Part shown: positions 19,238 through 28,466 of the stretch, piece after piece
Layout of the letters: each line of letters starts with the position of its first letter
Numbering within the stretch: position 1 is the first letter of the stretch
Source of the DNA: an uncultured cyanobacterium
Lineage (GTDB): Bacteria > Cyanobacteriota > Cyanobacteriia > Cyanobacteriales > CAWUOF01
DNA length: 64,000 nt
Direction of reading: 5' to 3'
NCBI GenBank assembly: GCA_963744145.1
Contig: CAVUSO010000001.1
Span: 4,096,001 to 4,160,000 of the forward strand
Program-made: the position numbers and the translations under genes
Notes under the pieces: generated by a model
The model's database searches: none
What the model saw: the letters and a program-made list of their open reading frames with translations, nothing else
Told to the model about the DNA's origin: nothing

Positions 19238-19498
19238 TAGTTTTTAGTCTATTATATTTACATGAAATATGCTCTTGCTTACGGCAGGATAAATCCTGCA
19301 ATTTGTTTTCATCCCCGGTTTTTAAACCGGGGTTTTCAACTCCGATCCTTATAAGGAGCGAAGTTGGTCCCTAATATGTTTTTTAGCCGAGGATGTTACT
19401 CCGTCCCCGCACCTTGAGTGGTGTAGTCTAGCAATTTCACCACCAACCAAGTTAAACTGAACTTGAGTCTCCCATAATTTATCCCAGTTTATTTTGAC

Positions 19499-19763
19499 AT
19501 GGAAACGATCAGAGTATCAGACCAAGGACAAATGATTATTCCTCCATCTCTGGGGAAAGCTTACGGTTGGGAAGCTGGTCAGGAATTACTCTTAATTGAC
19601 ACTGGTGATGGAATTTTGATCAAACCGAAAAAACCTTTTGTTGAAACAACCTTAAATGATGTTGCAGGTTGTTTAAAATTTCGCTAGTAAAGCAAAAACG
19701 ATCGAAGAGATGGATTATGCTCTTCGTCAAGGAATGGAGGACGAGTGGTGTGGTCGCAGTTGA
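19499..19763 (+). pseudogene. AbrB/MazE-type antitoxin (VapB), +1 frameshift near 19685
   Basis: METIRVSDQGQMIIP...VAGCLKFR, continuing in the shifted frame as SKAKTIEEMDYALRQGMEDEWCGRS*. Confidence 0.75.
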
Positions 19764-20140
19764 TACTAATATTGTAGTCCGGCTATTGACTCAAGATGAT
19801 GAGTTACAGTACTGAAAAGAGTCGAGAAATTTTTCAGACTCAGGATGTTTTTGTTCCTGATACAGTAATACTTGAAACCGAATGGGTACTCAGATTTGCC
19901 TACAAATTTAAACCAACTGAAATATGTTTGGCTTTACATAAACTCTTTGGCTTGTCAAATGTTTACCTTACTAATTCAAACCTAGTTTCTCAAGCATTAC
20001 AATGGCACGAAGCTGGACTAGATTTTGCAGATGCTTTTCATTTAGCTCAGAGCCAGCCATATAATTACTTTTATACCTTTGATGAAAAACTAATCAAAAA
20101 AGCTAGTGGGCTAACATCCTGTGAAGTTAAGAAACCCTGA
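19750..20140 (+). pseudogene. vapC: VapC PIN-domain toxin, +1 frameshift near 19813
   Basis: GTG start: VAVDTNIVVRLLTQDDELQY, then EKSREIF...ETEWVL...DFADAFH...TFD in the shifted frame. Confidence 0.8.
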
Positions 20141-20280
20141 TGAGTTGAATTGCACGTAAAGCATTCCGACGTAATCCCAATTTCATAAATTAGCACTACA
20201 GATAACTGATCTAGACCATCTGTAGTCATAATTACCAGAATTGCTATTACATGGGATCTGCCAATCAGAGCCTACTCTCA

Positions 20281-21516
20281 TTAGTCGCTAAATTTACTAA
20301 ATAAAGCAGCTAGCACAGTATTAGAAAATAAAAAACCCTCTGGATCAGTTAACCTAATTTGTCCTGCTTTTGGCAATTGACCATGAGGTACTAATCTGAT
20401 AGCTTCGCTATTTAATCCAACCAGGTCTACCCACCCTTGATCATAATAAGGTTGCAAACAATTCCAAACTTGGAGCAATGTTTGCTCCCCAAATTCTTCA
20501 GCTAAGGTAGATAATTTAATTCCATCACTTAAACGCAATCCTAACATCAGCTTTTCTAATAAAATATCGTTTTTTTGACTAGACAGATTACTAGATAAGT
20601 TAGGTTCATTTTCGGTAAATTGTCGCCGATTTCTGACCCAATTGTAATACTCTTTAGTTTGCCGAGGTCTGGTAAAACGATATCCATTTACATAACTGGT
20701 TGCTCCCATTCCAAAAGCATAATAGGGACGATTTTCCCAATAAACTCGATTATGACGACATTGATGTCCGGGTAGAGCATAGTTAGAAATTTCATAATGC
20801 TGATAACCTACATCGGTGAGCATTTGTTGGGCTAACCGATACATTTGAGCTGTGGTTTCTTCTGTTGGTAGTGGTTCCCGATTCGGTTGATAATAACGAG
20901 CAAAGACCGTTTTTGGCTCTATAATTAAATCATAACTAGAAATATGGGTAGGTCTAATCTCGATCGCTGCGACTAAAGATGCTTCCCACTGTGTGATGGT
21001 TTGATGTGGTAATCCAGAAATTAAATCGATACTCCATTCACTCACCCCGACTTCGCGCATCGCTGCGATCGCGGCAAAAATATCATTAACATTGTGCGAT
21101 CGCCCACAACTAGCTAACAAGTCATCTTGAAAAGCTTGTATTCCTAAACTGAACCGATTCACACCAGCTAATTGGTATCCTTGTAACTTTTGGCTCGTAA
21201 ATGTTCCTGGATCAACTTCTAGGGAGATTTCCGCCTCAGCGGCGATCGGCAATTGTCGAGCTAATGCTGTTAAAATCCGATTGACTTGCTCTACTGATAG
21301 TAAGGAAGGTGTACCTCCCCCAAAAAAAATAGTCTCTAACGGTTGACAAAATGATTCAGTTGTGTTAATTTCCTCAATCAAAATTTCCACATATTGCTGA
21401 ATTGTCCCCGAATTATCGCCATGTTGGCGATCGCCGACTACGGAGACGGCAAAATCGCAATAATAACAACGACGACGACAGAAAGGAATATGTAAATAAG
21501 CTGAACTAGGAATCAC
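20281..21516 (-). CDS. hemW: Radical SAM heme chaperone HemW (HemN-like)
   Basis: YLHIPFCRRRCYYCDF, GGGTPS, YEISNY and HNRVYW motifs. Confidence 0.88.
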   Translation of the reverse strand: MIPSSAYLHIPFCRRRCYYCDFAVSVVGDRQHGDNSGTIQQYVEILIEEINTTESFCQPLETIFFGGGTPSLLSVEQVNRILTALARQLPIAAEAEISLEVDPGTFTSQKLQGYQLAGVNRFSLGIQAFQDDLLASCGRSHNVNDIFAAIAAMREVGVSEWSIDLISGLPHQTITQWEASLVAAIEIRPTHISSYDLIIEPKTVFARYYQPNREPLPTEETTAQMYRLAQQMLTDVGYQHYEISNYALPGHQCRHNRVYWENRPYYAFGMGATSYVNGYRFTRPRQTKEYYNWVRNRRQFTENEPNLSSNLSSQKNDILLEKLMLGLRLSDGIKLSTLAEEFGEQTLLQVWNCLQPYYDQGWVDLVGLNSEAIRLVPHGQLPKAGQIRLTDPEGFLFSNTVLAALFSKFSD

Positions 21517-21746
21517 GCGAGATCACTTTTTCATCCGATTTTAAGTAATTTCCAGCACAATTCCCACTCAATTGCTCCCCATAAACTGATGTTTACCATA
21601 CAGCTAAAAAAAAGGGGGAAAAACTAGACAGTATAATTCAGAGTAGTAGCTATGAGGAGCAATTTGGCTCATTCTGGCGAATTTCCGGACATATTTCCAG
21701 GGATTTACATCTGGAAGTCAAATATAAATTCAACTGGTTTAGCACC

Positions 21747-22826
21747 ATGATTGATGCAATTATTATCCTTTCATTCATCTTATCAGCCGCAGGCATAGGT
21801 TTCTACAGCGTTGACTTACTACCTAATGATGTCTTGAAACAAGTTAACAATCCGGAAGGATTGGGTCTAGTCACCGCAGGTTTCGCTGCTCTCATTGGTG
21901 GGGCAATTGGGTTAATCGTCCAGACCGGATATCGTCGATTAGAAATCCAAGTTCGGCAAATGCCCGTCGAAGTCATCCTCACGCGCTCAATTGGCTTAGT
22001 TATTGGGTTACTGATCGCCAATTTAATGTTAGCACCAGTTTTCTTATTGCCATTCCCCTGGGAATTTGCTTTCATTAAACCCCTAGTCGCGATCGTGGGT
22101 AGCGTCATGTTCTCGTTTTTGGGGATCACTTTAGCAGATACCCATGGTCGGGCATTTCTGCGGTTAATTAATCCCCATTCAGTGGAAACCATGTTAGTCG
22201 CTGAAGGTACTCTCAAACCAGCCGCGACAAAAGTATTAGATACTAGCTGTATTATCGATGGTCGAATTGAAGAATTGCTGGGAACTGGATTTCTGGAAGG
22301 ACAAATTCTCATTCCCCAGTTTATTCTCCAAGAATTGCAGTTAGTCGCAGATGCAGCCAATGATCAAAAAAGAGTCAGGGGACGTTGGGGATTAGACATC
22401 CTGAATCGGATGAAAGAAGCTTATCCAGAAAGGATCGTGATTAATTCGGCTGACTACGATGATATTACGACCGTTGACGCAAAATTAGTACATTTAACTC
22501 AAGAAATTAACGGCACTTTGCTAACTAATGATTACAACTTAAGTAAAGTCGCCCAATTACAACGAGTTCCAGTGCTAAATATTAATGACCTGACCCAAGC
22601 GGTGCGTCCCAGTTATCTTCCTGGAGATAGTATTGATTTGAAAATTCTCAAGGAAGGTAAGGAACCAGCCCAAGGGATTGGTTACCTTGATGATGGGACA
22701 ATGGTAGTAGTGGAAGAAGGTAGTAACTATGTTGGTGTCCAATTACGGGTAACCGTCACTTCGGCTTTGCAAACTTCAGCAGGACGGATGATTTTTGCCC
22801 GTCCTCACGCTTCAGTAGCAGCTTGA
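21747..22826 (+). CDS. PIN/TRAM domain membrane protein (YacL-like)
   Basis: LDTSCIIDGRI, TNDYNLSKVA and GKEPAQGIGYLDDGTMVVVE motifs. Confidence 0.92.
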   Translation: MIDAIIILSFILSAAGIGFYSVDLLPNDVLKQVNNPEGLGLVTAGFAALIGGAIGLIVQTGYRRLEIQVRQMPVEVILTRSIGLVIGLLIANLMLAPVFLLPFPWEFAFIKPLVAIVGSVMFSFLGITLADTHGRAFLRLINPHSVETMLVAEGTLKPAATKVLDTSCIIDGRIEELLGTGFLEGQILIPQFILQELQLVADAANDQKRVRGRWGLDILNRMKEAYPERIVINSADYDDITTVDAKLVHLTQEINGTLLTNDYNLSKVAQLQRVPVLNINDLTQAVRPSYLPGDSIDLKILKEGKEPAQGIGYLDDGTMVVVEEGSNYVGVQLRVTVTSALQTSAGRMIFARPHASVAA

Positions 22827-22948
22827 GAGTTAGATTTTGCTAATTCTGATCATCGTGACTGAGGTGACGCGCGGATGATAATTTTCCGAACTACCGCAAG
22901 ACAGCTCTATTGCTCCAGAGTTGTCCAGCGTCACACCGTCAGCCGCGA

Positions 22949-23839
22949 TTAATTACCAGACGGTGTAGAGCGATGCCAACGTATTCCTAGAAATATATCG
23001 TAGACAAAGCTTAAAAAACTTTTGCCTTGTAGTAGTCCCAGCGTTTGGGGTGATCCTTTTTCATCTAAAAGATGCTTAGTGGCTAAATAAGCTGGTTGGT
23101 ATTTATACCAGGGAATTGATGGCCATAAATGATGGATCAGATGATAGTTTTGTCCCATAATCAATATATTGAGAATCGGGCTGGGATAAACTCGGGCATT
23201 TTTCCAGCGATCGCGTTCTGTAAATGGTCGATGGGGTAAATAGTCAAAAAACAATCCCAATGCTAGTCCTACCACCAAAGCGGAGGTAAACCAGTAATTC
23301 ACTAGATAGTGAAAAAATCCATATTGAATGGAAAAATAGACGATTAAACCGACCACTAACCGACTAAAAAACCATTCCCATAGCTCATACTTGCGCCACA
23401 GTTGGCGTTTAAAAAAGAAGATTTCATGGTAAAAGAACCGTGCGGCAATCAACCAGAGTGGGCCACCTGTAGAGACAAAGTGGTCTGGATCATTATCGGG
23501 ATCATTAACATGGGCATGATGTTGGATATGAACCCTGGTAAAAACTGGGAAAGCAAAGCCTAAAATCAAAGCACTGCCATGTCCAAGTAAAGCATTGACA
23601 ATTCGGTTACGATGTGCAGCATGATGGGAAGCATCGTGAATTACTGTTCCAGCCATATGTAAGGAAATCACATTCAGGACAAAGGAACACCAATGGGGCC
23701 AATTCCACCACCAATAACCACAGGTAGAGATCGTAAAAATTCCTACTGCGGCAATGAACATGAGCATGGTCGGGTTGAAGTCACCAGGAGGACTCAGATA
23801 CTCTTTGGGCACTGTCAGTGGCTTGCTGGCCTCCGACAT
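22949..23839 (-). CDS. crtR: Beta-carotene hydroxylase
   Basis: His boxes HDASH, HIQHH and HLIHH; PDNDPDH and FFDYLPHRP. Confidence 0.9.
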   Translation of the reverse strand: MSEASKPLTVPKEYLSPPGDFNPTMLMFIAAVGIFTISTCGYWWWNWPHWCSFVLNVISLHMAGTVIHDASHHAAHRNRIVNALLGHGSALILGFAFPVFTRVHIQHHAHVNDPDNDPDHFVSTGGPLWLIAARFFYHEIFFFKRQLWRKYELWEWFFSRLVVGLIVYFSIQYGFFHYLVNYWFTSALVVGLALGLFFDYLPHRPFTERDRWKNARVYPSPILNILIMGQNYHLIHHLWPSIPWYKYQPAYLATKHLLDEKGSPQTLGLLQGKSFLSFVYDIFLGIRWHRSTPSGN

Positions 23840-23947
23840 GATATTTTTACTCCTAAGAACTACTTTTCGGTAGTATACGATAAAGTTTTGTGAATTAAAC
23901 GGCCTGAAGCTGCGGTAGCGAGATGATTAATATCTGGAAATGATTAA

Positions 23948-24019
23948 AGCCGATGGTGGGATTTGAACCCACGACCAACTGATTACGAATCAGCTACTCT
24001 ACCCCTGAGCTACACCGGC
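23948..24019 (-). tRNA. trnT: tRNA-Thr (anticodon CGT)
   Basis: GCCGGTGTAGCTCAGGGGTAGAGTAGCTGATTCGTAATCAGTTGGTCGTGGGTTCAAATCCCACCATCGGCT folds as a cloverleaf; TATAAT at 24040-24035. Confidence 0.96.
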
Positions 24020-24040
24020 ACTAGACAATCTTCAATTATA

Positions 24041-24074
24041 GCAGGTTAGCTAGAAAAACGATCTAGCAACCTGC
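24041..24074 (-). terminator. Stem-loop downstream of pyk
   Basis: gcaggtt(a)gctaga...tctagcaacctgc inverted repeat. Confidence 0.5.
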
Positions 24075-24108
24075 AAAAATTAGCCGAATTTTGGACGATC
24101 GATCAAAA

Positions 24109-25899
24109 TTAAACTGGCAAAAGGGGCTCATTTTGACCAGCGACCGTCCCGGAGTAAATCAAACCTCGCTGCATATCCATGGTCAGGATTGTCCCTTCAC
24201 GAATATTATTAGTCGCATTTTTGACACCGACCATCACTGGTACACCCAAGCGTAAACCAATAATTGCCGCATGACCTGTCAAACTTTCCTCCTCGGTAAT
24301 TACTCCCGCAGCTTTCCGCATCGCTTCCACATAATCCACACTGGTACTAGGTACAACTAAAATTTCACCAGGGCTAAAGTTACCAATTTCTGTCGCACTC
24401 TGAGCTACCCGAGCTCGACCACTCACGACCGTACTTTGTCCTAGAGCTACACCTTTACCCAGGATCGAAGTTACTACTTCAACTTTAATTAAATCCGTTG
24501 AACCAGAAACTCCCTGAAGTGCACCCGCAGTCATCACGACCAAATCACCCTCCGCGACCATGCCGGTTTCCTGGGCCACATTCATCGCCGCTTGGAAAGT
24601 CTGACCGGTAGAATGCAAATCTAACACTAAGAGTGGTTTTACACCCCAGACTAATTGCAACTGTCGTGCGACATCAACATGGGGTGTAATTGCTAAAATA
24701 GGTGTACTCGGTCGAAATTTAGACACATTTCTAGCTGTCGCTCCGCTTTTCGTCAAGGTCATAATTGCCGCAGCATCTAACTGTTCAGCAATTGCACCGA
24801 CAGCTTGACTAATCGCATTAGTGATCGAACGTGGGGAGTGATCTAGATTGTCTACATTACGAGTAATTTTTTCCCTTTCAATTCTCGTCGCAATTTTTGC
24901 CATCATTTCTACTGCTTCCACTGGATATTTACCTACAGCAGTTTCATTCGAGAGCATCACTGCATCAGTACCATCTAAGATCGCATTAGCCACATCCGAA
25001 ATTTCGGCTCTGGTGGGTCGAGGATTATTCAGCATACTATCTAACATTTGGGTAGCAGTAATGACCGGAATCCCCAAATGATTAGCTTTAGCAATTAAAC
25101 GTTTTTGCAGAACAGGAACATCTTCAGCTGGTAATTCTACTCCTAAATCACCGCGAGCTACCATGACCCCATCACACAGGGAAAGAACCTCATCCATCTG
25201 TTCGATTGCTTCATGTTTTTCAATCTTGGCAATCACTGGTACTTGTTTACCAGCACTAGAAATTAGTTCTTTAATCTCCAATATATCTTGGGGATTACGG
25301 ACAAAACTTAACGCTACCCAGTCTACCCCTTGATCTAAACCAAATAACAAATCTTGACGGTCTTTATCTGTCAAGGCTTTAATCGATAGGTAAACACCAG
25401 GAAAATTAACTCCTTTATTATTAGAAAGAGTTCCTCCCACAACTGTCCGACAATATAATTCTTTGGCAACGCGATCGATTTTTTCGACCCGCATTTCGAC
25501 TTTACCATCGTCCAACAGAATGTTCGCATTTTCTGGAACTTCATCTGCTAAAGGTTCATAAGTAACACAAGAGATTTTCTCGGTTCCTGGAACTGATCGG
25601 CTAGTTAAGATGAAGGGATCACCTTTTTGTAATACAATTGAACCAGTCTCAAATTTTCCAAGGCGAATTTTTGGACCTTGTAAATCCTGCAAAATACCGA
25701 CTGGTTGATTGAGTTCAAACGATATCTGTCGGATTAAGCGGATTGTCCGTTGATGATCTTCATGGGTCCCGTGGGAAAAATTGAGACGCAGGGTGGTAGC
25801 TCCTGCCAAAATTAAAGCACTCAGCACTTCAGGTTTAGCCGTAGCTGGGCCAATAGTGGCTACAATCTTTGTCCGACGCAGAGAATGTGGCAATTGCAT
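24109..25899 (-). CDS. pyk: Pyruvate kinase with C-terminal PEP-utiliser domain
   Basis: RRTKIVATIGPA, RLNFSHG, MVARGDLGVE, ATQMLDSM and TGHAAII motifs. Confidence 0.96.
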   Translation of the reverse strand: MQLPHSLRRTKIVATIGPATAKPEVLSALILAGATTLRLNFSHGTHEDHQRTIRLIRQISFELNQPVGILQDLQGPKIRLGKFETGSIVLQKGDPFILTSRSVPGTEKISCVTYEPLADEVPENANILLDDGKVEMRVEKIDRVAKELYCRTVVGGTLSNNKGVNFPGVYLSIKALTDKDRQDLLFGLDQGVDWVALSFVRNPQDILEIKELISSAGKQVPVIAKIEKHEAIEQMDEVLSLCDGVMVARGDLGVELPAEDVPVLQKRLIAKANHLGIPVITATQMLDSMLNNPRPTRAEISDVANAILDGTDAVMLSNETAVGKYPVEAVEMMAKIATRIEREKITRNVDNLDHSPRSITNAISQAVGAIAEQLDAAAIMTLTKSGATARNVSKFRPSTPILAITPHVDVARQLQLVWGVKPLLVLDLHSTGQTFQAAMNVAQETGMVAEGDLVVMTAGALQGVSGSTDLIKVEVVTSILGKGVALGQSTVVSGRARVAQSATEIGNFSPGEILVVPSTSVDYVEAMRKAAGVITEEESLTGHAAIIGLRLGVPVMVGVKNATNNIREGTILTMDMQRGLIYSGTVAGQNEPLLPV

Positions 25900-26006
25900 G
25901 GCGAAAGTCCAGGAAGTTAGCAAAAATGTTCGGGAATTCCCGATCGCATGGAAGCTAGTGTCTCATTATCTGTTGCTTTTAAACAATCCACTATATTTAT
26001 TTTGCT

Positions 26007-26043
26007 CTGTCCCACCATGGTGGGACAGACATCTTGTCTGTCC
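26007..26043. repeat. REP-like palindromic element
   Basis: Perfect 22-bp palindrome ctgtcccaccatggtgggacag overlapping hairpin ggacagacatcttgtctgtcc; same family as 61503-61523. Confidence 0.75.
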
Positions 26044-26175
26044 TAATTTCAAGAATATCCTGACTTAGTGATTAATGGGCTGAAAAAAACAATATCTGCG
26101 GTTGGGATTGATTTTGCTGCTTTCCACCCATAACAACTGCATCTCCCTAAAAAGCCCTTTTATTTTTGGATTACC

Positions 26176-28461
26176 GTGACCGAGCTTGCTGTTCCAGATT
26201 TTTCCGCTTGGAATCAAAAAATCTATCAGCGTCTGAAAGTGGCTCTGAGTCTAGGTTTACGTCGGCAAATTTTTGTGGCTATTTGTGATGAGATCGGGGA
26301 AAGAAATCGTTTTTCTACTTGTTTACACAGAGATTTAGTTGTACCCAAGCGCGATCGCCATCCGATCGCTCCATCGGAGGAACAACCAAACTTATATCCC
26401 CATTTCGTCAGTTTAGACTTGAATCTCAGTCATCCTCATCTGATTAACCAAATCTTGGGTTGGATTACAGTCCATCCTCCACCTCTAATTCATACTGGGT
26501 CTGTTCCATCTAAACGTCGCAAATCTTTACCCTCCTTTGAGATTTTAGGTGTGGAACTATTAACCCATCAACCTGCTCAGGTGCAGTATTTATTTCTCAA
26601 ATATCTCCAAGCTATTCCTCTGGAACTAGAAATGGTAGAGTTTAGCTTTTTAATTTGGCTCTCGCGTCCTTGGGTACATACAATTCAGCAATCTGCACCA
26701 AATTTTTGGCGTTGTTGTACTGGTATATTTCCGTTTCAAGAAAACCTAGCGGTGGAACCGGAAAATTTTGTCCCAGAAAACTCAGAAACTAAGGTTAGTA
26801 AGAAAGTGTTGGAAAATCAACTACTCACTGGTTCAGACTCTAGTCCTTTGGTTTGGAATGGCATAGCATCTGCTATCCCTTTTTCATTAAATCAAGAAAT
26901 TCGACCGTCAAACTCAATTCGGTTAACTTTTCCAAAAAATCAACCTGATCAGCAAGAATCTAGCTCTATTTGGGGCATTTCTCCTCTGCAACTTAAGAGT
27001 GTAGCTGCACTTGATGCTGATCAAATTCCGGTGGTTTCATCAAATATCACTAGACAGTTTAATTCTACCAAATTCTTGGCTGAAAATTTGAGCAATAGAA
27101 CTCAGGCTAATCTAGCTAATTTAACTTCTAAGACTAGCACAGAAGCACCGACAGAAACTTTACCAGTAATTTCTCAGGTTTTATTACCTGACTCACCAAT
27201 AGTTTCTCCCTGTCCAGCAACTTCACTGACAGGAATTAAGGAATATATCGATCGCTTACATCGGGAATCAAGTCCACCAACAGCGCTATTAACAGCTTAT
27301 CGCACTCTGGGTGATTTCTGGCGCGATCGCATTGAAGCTGGGGAAGACTCTATTGATAATTTACTCCATGCAATCCGTGCTTATGAACAGGTGTTAGTAT
27401 TTCTAGAGCCAGATTCTACTCTCTGGGCAGATATTTTAAATGATCTGGGTAATCTTTACTGGATGTTATCTCGGATTGCTGGTAATTCTGACCAAATTAT
27501 TGCTTATTTAGATCAAGGAATTCAAGCTTATCAAAGTGCTTTAAGAAATCTTGATCCGCAAACTGCTGCTGCTGCTTATGTGCGGTTACAAAGTAATTTA
27601 GGATCAGCAGCGGTCGATTTAGCCCACTATCGCAATCCGACTGAAAATTTTCGGAAATCTATCCATAGTTTTGAACAAGCACTTTTATATCGTCCAGTGG
27701 AGCATGAAGACGATCGCACCCAGGATGCAGCTATTCACAATAATTTAGGTACTGCTTATTGGCATTTAGCTCAATATCAAACACCGAGTGAACATCTGAA
27801 ACAGGCGATCGCTGCTTATCAACAAGCACTCGAATTATATCAGCAAGAACCAGATTATCTTAATTACGCAATGGTGCAAAATAATTTAGGTACTGCTTAC
27901 TGGAATTTAGCTCAATATGAGGAAACTGAAGAATTATTATGGCAAGCAATTGATCATTATTCCCTAGCTCTAAAATATCGTACTCCTGAAGTAGTTCCTA
28001 GTGCGAGTGCGGCAACTTTTAATAATTTAGGTATTGCTTTTTGGCATCTAGCTAATCATTATAAAAGTCAGATGGAAATCCGACTGAAGTTTTTAGAAAA
28101 AGCGATCGAGGCTTATGAAAAAACCTTGAATATTGCCAGTAATTTGCCTAATCATATTTTACTGACTTTTGATTTATTTACTACCCATAGTAACTTAGGA
28201 ATTGCCCATTATCAAATTGCAACCGAAGCTAATTCTACTTTAGCAGATGCGACTAAATCTAGCCATTTAGAAGCAGCACTATTCCAACATGTACAAGCTT
28301 ATATGGGTTGGAAACAAAAACCAGAATTCCATGAAAATGCTCTGAAATATTTAGTGCAAACAATTCGAGCTTTTTATCAACTCTTTAGTTTACCAGGACA
28401 AAATCTAGCTCTTTCTAAAATTCCGGCTCAATTATTACCAGAAATCCTCCCAAAATTGTGA
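26176..28461 (+). CDS. Tetratricopeptide repeat protein
   Basis: Repeated NNLGTAYWxLA...AI.AY..AL units. Confidence 0.88.
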   Translation: MTELAVPDFSAWNQKIYQRLKVALSLGLRRQIFVAICDEIGERNRFSTCLHRDLVVPKRDRHPIAPSEEQPNLYPHFVSLDLNLSHPHLINQILGWITVHPPPLIHTGSVPSKRRKSLPSFEILGVELLTHQPAQVQYLFLKYLQAIPLELEMVEFSFLIWLSRPWVHTIQQSAPNFWRCCTGIFPFQENLAVEPENFVPENSETKVSKKVLENQLLTGSDSSPLVWNGIASAIPFSLNQEIRPSNSIRLTFPKNQPDQQESSSIWGISPLQLKSVAALDADQIPVVSSNITRQFNSTKFLAENLSNRTQANLANLTSKTSTEAPTETLPVISQVLLPDSPIVSPCPATSLTGIKEYIDRLHRESSPPTALLTAYRTLGDFWRDRIEAGEDSIDNLLHAIRAYEQVLVFLEPDSTLWADILNDLGNLYWMLSRIAGNSDQIIAYLDQGIQAYQSALRNLDPQTAAAAYVRLQSNLGSAAVDLAHYRNPTENFRKSIHSFEQALLYRPVEHEDDRTQDAAIHNNLGTAYWHLAQYQTPSEHLKQAIAAYQQALELYQQEPDYLNYAMVQNNLGTAYWNLAQYEETEELLWQAIDHYSLALKYRTPEVVPSASAATFNNLGIAFWHLANHYKSQMEIRLKFLEKAIEAYEKTLNIASNLPNHILLTFDLFTTHSNLGIAHYQIATEANSTLADATKSSHLEAALFQHVQAYMGWKQKPEFHENALKYLVQTIRAFYQLFSLPGQNLALSKIPAQLLPEILPKL

Positions 28462-28466
28462 TTTTT

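Larger units (their letters stand above)
16365..19350 (-). mobile_element. IS200/IS605-family tnpB-only element (no tnpA), with nested IS630
   Basis: RE: hairpin 16372-16395 ending ...GGGGAGTGTCAA; LE: hairpin 19313-19332 preceded by TTAT (19354-19351); in-silico excision gives AGT TTA TAA, restoring a stop for the upstream gene. Confidence 0.85.

Noticed and set aside
21803..22360. 185-aa antisense ORF, and similar short ORFs shadowing pyk, FHA, carB, ABC, protease and ppc
   Set aside because: Shadow frames of well-supported genes with no motifs of their own
23948..24019. tRNA-Thr as an integration site
   Set aside because: No integrase or duplicated tRNA 3' end found; the flanks are core genes
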